A program made the translations under genes and the position numbers. A stretch of 61,454 nt of DNA, the filler included, from Choristocarpus tenellus KU-1152 (Eukaryota; Protista; Phaeophyceae): the NCBI GenBank assembly GCA_964200185.2. It is 7 parts of 7 records of this genome, joined end to end, with 100 filler letters (N's around TTAATTAATTAA, not from the genome) between each part and the next. Parts side by side here need not be neighbours in the genome. Positions count along the whole stretch, not along the records: positions 1 to 14,190 come from CAXNAD020001259.1; 6 more parts are not named here. The stretch is one strand, 5' to 3'. Under the pieces are notes generated by a model. The model was not told the DNA's origin. It saw only the letters and a list, made by a program, of their open reading frames with translations, and made no database searches. Positions 1 through 10,759 of the stretch are shown here, piece by piece. The stretch's first letter is position 1; the number at the start of each line of letters is the position of its first letter.

Positions 1-2911
1 ACGATTAATTAGTCGCTTCGACGATTGATATCCCAGCTCACCACGATCGATCAGTTGCTTCGACGATTGATTCCCAGCTAACCCTAACCCTAATTACTAC
101 AAAAACGATATTGTACCACATCAATTCTGTGTCGCTTTTTTCGGTGTGAATTGAACACTAGTTGTCAGTCGTCTATGTTAGGCCTCTTGTACCTTGATCT
201 CGCACTTTGAAACGCCTCTACTAACGAAATAACGAGTACTACCATGGAATGTTGTTCGTAACCTTTTTCATTGAAAGGGACCACAACAACGAGGATGCTG
301 TAAAGTGAAAGTGGTAGTCACCACTTTTAAGTCCTTGAATGTCTTCGATTATATCCCGATAAGCAATTCCGAAGGAATGGGTTGGGGTGTTCTCCCTGTT
401 GAGGACGTGAATAACGCAGGGGAAAGAGAAACGTTGGAGGTGGGGAATGAAGAGAGAACCTGGAGTAGATACGCATACCGATATTTTTTTGTCGTTTTCT
501 TGTTTGTGAGAATTACATCAACACACTCTTTTCTATGTCATGTCTTTGTCATGGTATCTTTGTGACTGTAACTAAACCTTTGTCATTCGCATAAACTTTT
601 TGCAGACCTCGACCCAGTCAATCGAATTGTTAAATTATGGAGACACCAACAGTTCCAAGACGCTTAGTTCAGTAGAAGCGGCCGTGGGGCCCAGTGAAGT
701 GGTATCGGAAGGTGTGGAGGGGGGTTTTGAAGACGAGGTACGAAAGTGGGTTTTACAATTTTGTATCGAACATTGGTTCTGCAATTTCAAGCATGTATTC
801 CACTGTTAAGAATCGACTTTCGATATCCCTACGGAGGCAACCTTCTATGTTGCCCGGATAAACCGGGCACCTGTCTTTTTTGATGCTTGCGTTTCTCTGG
901 AGTACAACTATGTCGTCTTGCACTTCCTGTAGACGTGTTTGTCGGATGTGCTCTAATCAGCCTCTATTATGTGCACATCGATACCTGTCCGCACTGTCAG
1001 TTGTGACTGACAAGAAGAATAAATCTCAAATGCACGACCACCTACTAGAGCTTTTGTAGCAAAAAACAATCGTACAAGGCCTCGGTACTGCTACTAGAGA
1101 GCATAAATCAATTGCTGATTACGGTGCACTCCAGAATACAAGGAGCAAAAGAGAGAAAACTGAGTGCAGGATGGTATGTAACGTTTTGCATGTTAGAATT
1201 TGAAGAAAGTAATGTTGGGAGTCGGTAATGTTTGGTACTTACAACCCTACATGGGTGTAAAGAATTTATATTGACTAAGATTTATATCCCAAATGATGAA
1301 GATCTCTCATTGCTTTGTATTTCTGGCGAGAGCCCCAGGAGATCCTGCAGTACACTAAACTATTGACACAAAAAAAACAGGTTGTGTGTACCGGAACTCT
1401 TGACACTGGGTACTTGAAACTCTTTTTTTCCCTCAACAAAAATACCCCAACGCTAACCCTACCGAGTTCCCATTTCACATTGAATCAACTACACAATTTA
1501 CTTCATGTTTGTGGCCCTGTGTTTGTGCTGTGGTTGTTGGATGACTGCCCAGCCGGTCCCCATCACGAAGGAAGGGGCAGTTCTCCTGTTGCACACCCTA
1601 TTTACCCATGCACTCTACAATGGACAAGGATTTAACCACAGCGGTAAGAACTTCAGTCAACACTTAAATACATTTCTGCTCTGATGTTGAAAATATCTGT
1701 TAGGTAAAATGCTTGGGAGGACTAGTTGGTGTCTCTTAAATTGTAAGAAATGTGTTCTAGGGTTCTGCAGGATTGATATTGGTGTAAGCTATTATTTTCT
1801 CTGGTCTTGCCTGCAATAAAATTTGCCTGAGAGCTACTGGATGGTTCAGTATCCCCTGTAGAACAAAGAACAATGATTTAAGCTGGAGTACTACAACGGA
1901 GCTCTATCTCTGTCGCACATGTATCCTTTTTTGTAAGCTCCATCCCTTGGCAACTGCACAGTCAATGATATTCCCTTCACTTATGGGCTCATGGGTTGAC
2001 CTGTGGCAGTGTACCTAATCGATTTTCGTGTCTCCTCTACAAACTACAGCATCTACACAATCCAGCATGTTGTGGGAGGCTGTTCTGCCTTTGTGTTGAC
2101 ATGACCTCGAACGTGTTCCAAGCCTAACCCTAACCCTAACCCTTGCAAGAGAAAATGAAGGCTTCTCTTCAAGAGTTTTGGGTACAAGGAACATTATGAA
2201 ATTGCTTTTCTCATGTTCATAAGTGATTGAGCACAATCATAGATAATACATCCAGAAACGGTCTTGGAGTTTCACCCATGTTTCAAAGATAATGGCATCT
2301 TCTGAATATGATTTGAAAAGACAGCCAGCTAACTGCTGCATATCCTATAGTCCCTTCTCTTTTCAATTGACTGTCTGCACTAGGGACATTTGTGTTGGGT
2401 ACTGGAACTGTGGACCTCCTGCCATACTTTGTCCCAAATGACAGATATCCTGTGGAGTGGGCATCTAGTCTACAGGAATTAGAGGCGAGCAATGCAAATG
2501 CTATGTATCTCTTCACTCAGACAAAACGACATCAACAATCATATCTTGTTTGCAGCATGCATTTGTTGGTGCTCAAATATTGTGGAAGCAAGAGCAGCAC
2601 TCAGTCCCAATCGCCACTGTGGTATGCATTCCATGCAAACCTAGAGCTCTACATGTTTTTTTTAATCTGGTACATGGCCTATTTTTAGAATCACTGATCT
2701 AGAATTGGCAGTTGGGGTTAGGGTAGGGTTAGGGCTCAGCCTTAACCAATTTGCACTTTGATTTAGAGGTCTTGGAGTGCCGATATACGTACATACTGGC
2801 ACAAACAGTAACAAGAGATCCTAACCTTGATCAGCAAATTGAACACTAATCCTCAAAACAAAAACTTTGAATATGGTCAACAGGCCTTCTCATCATTGAC
2901 AAGGCAACTGA

Positions 2912-3170
2912 GCGCCAAATTATCTTAGAGGGTAGAGCTGCGTCCGTTTGAGGGCCAAAATCCATTGTTGTGATTTTGATGTAATTTTGGATATCGTGTT
3001 TGTTTGGAAGTGTCAATGTCCATGTTTTGGTCTCACCTTTTCATACCGCATACATTTCACCTACTCCAAAACAATTTGGAGTAGGAAAATATCAAAATAT
3101 TACTCACGGGAAGCCAAGTCCCAAATGGACAAACAGGGTAAAACTTGTACCCTCTAAGATACTTTCTCTC
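2912..3170 (+). mobile_element. MITE family A copy (~255 bp, TIR consensus GAGTSAAAGTATCTTAGAGGGTA)
   Basis: TIRs tatcttagagggta...taccctctaagatacttt; internal hairpin cctactccaaa-acaat-ttggagtagg; similar to six other copies; flanks share tga. Confidence 0.85.
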
Positions 3171-3337
3171 TGACCCAGTTTGACATCAACTGTTTTTTCG
3201 TTCATTTTTACAGTACATATTACCATGTTTTTTACCTTTTTTTTTTAACTCAGGAAGAGCATAACTGCCCGTATTCATGGTCATAACACCGCCAACAAGT
3301 ACAACATAGTACATAGCATGTTTTGCCTGAAACTTCC

Positions 3338-3596
3338 GAGTGAAAGTGTCTTAGAGGGTACAAGTCTTGCCCTGTTTTTCCGTTTTGGGCTTGACTTCCC
3401 ACGATATTTTTATGACATTTTACTTATTCCGAAATATTTCAGAGTAGGTAAAATGTGTATGTTATGAAAAGGTGTATCCGGAACAAGGATATTGACACTT
3501 CCTAACAAAAACAATTGTCAAAATTATATCAAAATCGCAACATGGAATTTTGGCCCCCAAACGGACACAGCTCTACCCTCTAAGATACTTTGACAC
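3338..3596 (-). mobile_element. MITE family A copy, inverted relative to 2912-3170
   Basis: gagtgaaagtgtcttagagggta ... taccctctaagatactttgacac; body is the reverse complement of copy 1. Confidence 0.85.
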
Positions 3597-5576
3597 TTTA
3601 TGGGCAGAGCTGACTTGCTGTGCCTGCCTTATCCAAAATTACTTATGGCCATTGCCCTGACCACGATTGCTGTAGCTACCCCTTCCATTGGCCAGATGCT
3701 ATCTAGTTGTGTTGTGACACCACCCTTTAGTCTACAAACCTCAGTTTGGTATTCGTTTGGGGGACATGACTCAGGTCTAACTGAATGGCAGGTGCCCAGA
3801 GTGGTTTAAAATATGATTTGGTATGATAGAGAGCCCTGGTGGTAGTGATAGTAAATTCGTGCGTCTTGTAAGGGATAACAGCGCGGAAGAACCTACATGA
3901 TGAAGCTTATTTGCTTCATTTGGAAAGTTTCACACACCTAGAAGATACTTGTCTAGTGGCACACAATTCTTGGCCACTATATGTTTTGGAGGAACTCTCC
4001 AGGATCCTTCCCGTTCCAGTACTGTGAAAGCACCACCTGATACATCTTGATTGATACTCCCCCGCAATCTTGGGTTGTTCCCTATTCCTATTTCAAAGGA
4101 GGATGAAAAACGTCCAATACCTGTGGTATAAGTTTTCCATCCTCTGTCCATGAGGTCTTTACTTTCTAACCAAATATCATGCTACAAGTCTTAATCCTCC
4201 AAGTTCTTGTGATTGTGTTGGACTCCATTTTGAAACCTACTAGGGTGTGCAGCACTATGGGGTAGATTTCGACAAGACTCTTGTCTGTTCCTACAGACCA
4301 ATGGGATGTGGGGAACAAGTTGACACGAGTGGGCTGGAATCTGGGCAACGGGAACATAGCAATGCTCCAAGCAGGAGACAGGGTGGGGGGTTTGAGAAGG
4401 GAAGGCGAACAAGTCCGTGTGTTGTCAATGCCACATATAACACATTCACACCTCAAGGGGATCAGCCGGTAATGCGTACGAGAAAGTTGGCACTGAAGAC
4501 AAGGTGGGTGTTCTGGTGCTGAAGGGACAGGAACAAAACACTTGATGCCATTGCTACAGGGACATGCAGCGACGAGAGCCTCATTTCTAGTATTTATTAA
4601 CTGATGCTTTGTATGGTGAACCCTGCTTATTGAGTAATTGGCTGCAACTCCTCAAAGGACGATGTAGATATTTTGAATTTTTTACATAAAAAAACACTAA
4701 TATGGTTGTTGATTCTATTCACAAACCATTTCTAATGACATAGGTCAAGGTAGCTGCAACTTTTGGGGCACAATCAAAGATAACCCTAACGCTAACCCTA
4801 GTACGTGTTATCCTCTCCATGAAATAGTCTGGGATATTTAGTATTTCCAAAGGGTTTATTGCTTAGCACGGGAGTGTTGATATTACTATAGAACACCCCT
4901 TATGTGTGTGGTCCACCAGCCCAGTATCAAGAGTAGTTATCAGTGTTGGCATGATTTGAAAAAGAGAGGGTTAACCCTAACCCTACTAAACTACAATGTC
5001 AGTGTACTCATTTTTTCCAGTGAGGGAGGCAACCTAGGGTTGGGGTTATGTTGGAATTTACTTTCAAGATCCAGCAGATTGATAGAGGGTAGAACACAGG
5101 AAACACTCAAGGAACAAAAATCAGAGACCATAGAGAAGAGGCAGGTATTTCAGATGAACTCTTGCACATTCTTAGTGTGAAGTGTGTCAATTTTAGTGTG
5201 CCTAGGATTATACATACCTTCAATTGGGCTTCAACATTCAATGAATGAATCCAATGAATTCAGTGAATCTCATCTTTCTTCAAGGGTTCGGTTCAAAACA
5301 AGAATAGTAAATTTAGTTTTGGGGTATGGATGAGGTATGGCACAGTAGAGCTAGTGTTCATATGTCATTCGTGACTGCTGTTATCACCTTCTGGTTCTTG
5401 TGCTCCTTGCTTTGCCTCATGTGGATGAAATTTCTTCTCCTAGTCTACAACACAGCCTTTTAAGGGCATTAGTTGTGTTTCTGGCATAGGATATTTAGTG
5501 TGAAGTAGAGGAATAATAAATCCCTATAATATTCAATACGGCCTAAATAGATCACCCTCTGAGATAGGATGGGACC

Positions 5577-5837
5577 GAGTCAAAGTATCTTAGAGGGTAC
5601 AGCCGCGTCCAAATGGGGGTCAAAATCCATTGTTGCGATTTTGATGTAATTTTGGCTATTGTGTTTGTTAGGAAGTGTCAATATCCTTGCTCTGGATACA
5701 CCTTTCATAACCTATACATTTTCCCTATTCCGAAACATTTTGGAGTAGGAAAATGTCATTAAAAAAACATGGGAAGTCAAGCCCCAAACGGACAAACAGG
5801 GCAAAACTCGTACCCTAACCCTAAGATACTTTCACTC
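5577..5837 (+). mobile_element. MITE family A copy with perfect 4-bp TSD (gacc)
   Basis: gacc|gagtcaaagtatcttagagggta ... taccctaaccctaagatactttcactc|gacc. Confidence 0.92.
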
Positions 5838-8761
5838 GACCAGGTCCATCCGCAGGAAATGAGAACTTGGTTGAGATTCAAGGCATTTAGGGAACATATG
5901 GGGAAAATATTAAGAATAGGCAGATAATCCAAACACATTAATCACTTATTTCTTCAGCCATAGCAACATATATTCAGCCATATACTATGGTTCACTGCAG
6001 TAAGGTATTTCAGTTAATCTTTCATTTATTCGTTCATCCACACAAAGTGTAACAAAACATACACGTAGTGCTAATTGAACTATAAAGTGGTCGTTGTCAT
6101 AAGGACCCTATCCCCATTGACCCATTGTGGAAATCTCTATATTGTCAACCTACCAAGAATGTTGCAACACAATTGTGCTAGAAATAGCCCTAGAACCCTG
6201 ATTCTAAACAAAAAAAACCCAGTCATGGTCATGCTATCGCTCCTCTCCCCTACCTCCCCTAACCCCACTCTATCTTCATTCCCATCCATCACAAACTCTG
6301 GTGTGTTGCAACTCTATTGGCCATACTATCATCTCTCTAGCCCTCAAAATTTGTCTCTCCCCCTCGGTGGTCAAACCATATACCTTCTCCTTCTTGATGT
6401 GCTCTGAAGTATGGGATGCTGCACTTTGCAGTGTGGGTATTATATTATAACTCCACCTTACCCTGTGGTTTCATTATCTGTTCAGGTATTCCACGAGGAA
6501 TATCAATCTTCCTCCTGGTGCAGAGAATGTCTCTAAACCTACACAAGACCGGATGGAACCAAAACATGAGCAGCGAGGGGAGGGTGAGGAAGAGTTCAGG
6601 GGAGAGAGTACCAATAGCTTGGTTCAGCAGGAGCTTGAGGGAACAATTGCAGTGGCATCAAATGGAGAGGTGCCAGGAACTGCGGGTTTGCTAGGGGAAG
6701 TTGAGCTTGTTAATATATCCTGTGCTAAACCATGTGTGAACGAGGATATTGATGAAGTGGGAAAGAATTCACCACAGGCTTCAGTGTCATCACAGTCACA
6801 AAGCTCAGACACGTCACAGCAACCACAACATTCACAGCAAGGCACCTCCAGAAGAATATCAGAACAGCCCATCCCTCGCAGAAGGTTAGTGGAGCACTAT
6901 ACGCATATGGTATTGCTTGCTTTTGCAGCAGTGTTTGCCCCTCCAAATTCATCAAGATGTAGTTGTCACCGTTGCAAGAAGCATATAATATGTCATATAC
7001 CTATCTCACGACAGTTAGGTTGGAGGTATTTTATGTGAGGGTTAGACTCTGCACAGGATCCACTTCAACTATCCATTTCATTTCTCCAGGGCCATGAGTG
7101 GGAATATTTAGGGTTAGGGTACTCGAGTACTTTGCAAGAAGATAATAACCCAAACCCTCAACCTAACCCTATGTCACCTGCTAAACATCATGCGACTTCT
7201 AGCAACATTAATTCTAATGAACAGTTTGAAAACCCTCATACTCTTGCACCAATCTAATAACTTGACAATATATCTATGCACTTCACAAGCCATTACAATC
7301 TCATAGCACTGATTCGGATTTCTGTGGTTAGGGGTTAGGGTTATGTGATACTGCTACTGCACTTCCTGTGATACTTCCCATTTTCATCTTTGCAAATGAA
7401 ACACTCACATCAGTCATAGTAATATCGATACTTATTGTGGTTCTTGACGTGGGTCATACTTACCAATGTCTTGTCTTCATTGCCCCTCTCCTTACTTCTG
7501 TGCACTATTATGCCCATGTATGACAGGTTCAGTGGTCTGTCAGATGCCATCCTTGATGTAGGTCGAAAGTCTATCATCAGAGTGTTTCACTCTGGAGGTG
7601 CTTCTAGTGATCTTGAAGGAGAGGGGGCTCAAAAAGGAAGCACATCGATGGAGGTGGTAATGGAGGCATATGAACATGTAAGCCAAGAATGTGTATATCC
7701 TCTACTTGTATGTCTTAGCTTTCTTTGGGTGGGCTGCCTTATGCTTATCTTAAGGAGGGTATATTGTGCTTAGGAAAAAAAAAGGACTTTTTAAAGATTG
7801 TACAGTGGTGTATAGTACTTTGATATGGGGGAAGTGAAGGAGAAGTGCCCACCACAAGAATGCCTACAATGTACTTGCGTGTCACCTTTTCCCTACTTGT
7901 ATCCCCACCCTTGCTAGTGCCTGCTTATTTCTTGGATGATAAAATAACAATAAAGTGTGTTCTTGGACAACAATTGAGTCACTTGGTACAGCTTTTTCAC
8001 GTGCCTTGAAGTGCACCTGAGGTTGGCAGAGATGTACTCTATTGAGATTAGTCTGAACAAGTATGCAGGTATGTAGGTTTGATTGCCAATGACCTATCAA
8101 GTGAGAACTAACGCACGGTTTCAAGAACTTATTTCACAAGACAAATTGGCTTGTGAGGCGATCGTTGTTGGATTCCTTGTAGAGAAGGGGTCCGGTAGAA
8201 GCTATCAAAGGCTTCAGTCCTCCAATCACCTTCATTGCAGCGGTGAACTAATGACTCTTTACATTCTGTCCCTGCATGTTCTCCACTAAACACAGGACAG
8301 CATGACCAATAAAATGTCCTTGTATATTCTGACGTGATTCATAACAAGAGATAAATGCCTCACTCTCTAAGTACGATGGCCGAAAAATCACCAATCCAGT
8401 CAGAATGTCATACTTAGAAGATTAAAGTGCTTGAGTTTAGATTGTTGCCATGAGATATGACCCTCAACAAAATGCAACAGTTCAAGATTTGAAGTGTGCT
8501 TTGAATGGCATTATACCCAGTCGAAGTTTCCTAAGCACTCCTAAACTCTAACTTATGAAGACATGGTTAGCGGGGCACTCACCATTACCAAATTTACCCG
8601 TAACACTCTACATAATTCACACCCTATTGAGCGTTACATACAACTTGATACAGCTGATACTCCCTTGTCCTGGAAGTCTGCGACATTAAGGGTACAACTT
8701 CTCGAGATGACCTCCGATGACAAGACGGATTTTTGCGTTGGATTCCTTAATGTTTTTCACG

Positions 8762-9400
8762 TCAAAATCGTTCTTCGTTGCTTTCCTCATTCCCATCAAT
8801 CCACGAATCCACCGCCACGTCTAAGGCCACCCTGTCAATTCTGACCGATTTTTGCAGACTTCCCTCACGCTGCCTGTACTTAGTTCCGGTGTGCTGCACC
8901 TTGAAATCGTTACCCCCTGACGCCTTCAAGACTTGATTGTATAGCTTAACGACGCCCTGCCACACCTTTCTAAAGTAGCTGCGTGGTACATGCCTCACAT
9001 GCTCTATACCTTCTTCGCGCGGGCGTCTGTCATGTACCTTAACGCTCCCTCCAAACTCTATCTTTTTGCAATGCAAACAAACCCAAATAGTTGATATTGA
9101 GGTTAAGTGAATGCACAGGCTGCGTTACGAGCTTTATGTTCCACCCCCCCTCCTTCCCGGCTTTGTTGAGCTTCCCCGGCGTGTCTTTTCCTGTATGGCG
9201 GGTCGCCACGCCCTGCTGAGTGACCACCTCCTCACCCTCCAACGACCGTATTCTTTCCTTAGATCCCGAGACATCAGTCTCTATGTACCACTCCTGGCGT
9301 CAATGGTCACATCGAAGTCGTACTGCTACCCCCTCTCACGGCGGACCGAATTTCTCTCACCTACGCAAACACGCCAGATTCCGTTTTTTCTATCGAAATA
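8762..9400 (-). pseudogene. Degenerate mariner-like transposase, C-terminal DDD domain
   Basis: Frameshifted motifs FDRKNGIWR (=FDGKIGIW), QQGVATRHTGK, GGWNIKLVTQPVHSLNLNINYLGLF (=QPANSPDLNVNDLGFF), NQVLKASGGNDFKVQH. Confidence 0.85.
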
Positions 9401-9789
9401 AAAAAAAAAGGACAGCAAAATCACTGGAGTGGTCATATTGGCTATGGGATTCGCATCAAAGATGGTTTGGAGGCTACGCGAAAGTCATACGGCTCTTGGC
9501 GAGGTGCTGAGATGTTGTATGACGATGGGGGGGTGTTGTACCCGCCAACGGGAACAGCGCAGACACTGAAAATTGGTCCTAAAAAGGACCGTATTTTCAG
9601 GTCCACTTCTCGGAACAGATTCAGAACTATTTCGGAACAAAATGCGAACACCAAAACTCCCTTCCAAACAAATATATACAGAGTTTCGAATTGTTTTGCT
9701 CACGAATTCTGGATTATTATAATTATTTATTCTACGTTTGTATTCTTCTCTATTCCCTTTTCTCCCCACATTCTAACAACCCTTGTTAC

Positions 9790-9990
9790 CAACCAGTGCA
9801 ACCTCTTCGCCACTGATTTTTCGTCACCCCCTACATCCGATGACCAACCAGAGCAAACCCCCTTCACCACTGATTTTTCGTCACCCCCTACATCCGATGA
9901 CCAACCAGAGCAAACCCCCTTTGCCACTGATTTTTCGTCACCCCCCCTATCCGGTGACCAACCAGTGTGACCCCTTTTACCACTGATTTC
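9790..9990. repeat. ~59-60-bp tandem repeat, ~3.3 copies
   Basis: Unit ccactgatttttcgtcaccccctacatccgatgaccaaccagagcaaacccccttca, seen as the repeated peptide TDFSSPPTSDDQPEQTPF. Confidence 0.92.
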
Positions 9991-10759
9991 CGATCTCTAC
10001 CACCCCTTTCAACCCTATTCAACCCCACTCAACCCCACACCAGTTACCATTCCACTCAACCCCACCCCACTTACCACTCCACCACACCATTCAACACCAC
10101 TCAACATCACTCCACAATCATCCAAGAACCCCCCTTCATCATCTCCTTCATACCGTGCCTTTGAGTTGGAAGACATCTACCCTGCCCGAACATGACCTCC
10201 CCTCCCACCCTAAGATCCAAGTCGGTCGTGAGCAAGCGACAAGGCGGTTAGGCGGGAAAGCTTGCTCGGGGGTCCTCTTGATCTAGCCTTCCTCGTCTTG
10301 TCACCCCAGCCTCAGGTTTCCTCTTGAATTCAATACTGTTCATTCCTTCTCCCCTTGTGCCTCCGTCTACCACCTATTTTCTTAACCACTCAATCTTTAA
10401 CTCTTTGTTCCCTCCTTGATACTTTTAATTTTTTACTGTCCCCTTCCTTGCCTTGTGCCCCCAACCAACCAGATTTCTTCCACCCACAAAACTCAGATTA
10501 CTCCATAAACTTTCCCTTTGTTTGAGGCATACATCACCTACCTGTAAAATTCTCGTATTCATCAAGAAACCGCCAGAACAAAAAGTGGAAATTCGTAACG
10601 ACCCAGAATTACTGGAAAAAGGGAGTACATATATATTATGAAGTATTATATATAGCTGATTATCACTGACTATATGTGGTATAATCAAGTATTGGTTTAG
10701 AGAAGACTTTTATGGAATGGGGTTGGCATTGACTGGGGGTGTAATGTTGACATTGGGTG

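Larger units (their letters stand above)
8660..10625 (-). mobile_element. Internally deleted plant-type mariner (DD39D/Stowaway-like) DNA transposon
   Basis: ta|ctcccttgtcctggaagtctgcg at the left and cccagaattactggaaaaagggag|ta at the right form ~30-bp imperfect TIRs (~70% identical) with a TA TSD; transposase fragments lie inside. Confidence 0.75.

Noticed and set aside
6553-7038. 161-aa ORF with an acidic, Q/S-rich composition
   Set aside because: No recognisable domain or supporting exon structure; left unannotated.
9790-9990. Regularly spaced repeats resembling a CRISPR array
   Set aside because: The units are head-to-tail near-identical with no unique spacers, there are no cas genes, and the context is eukaryotic.
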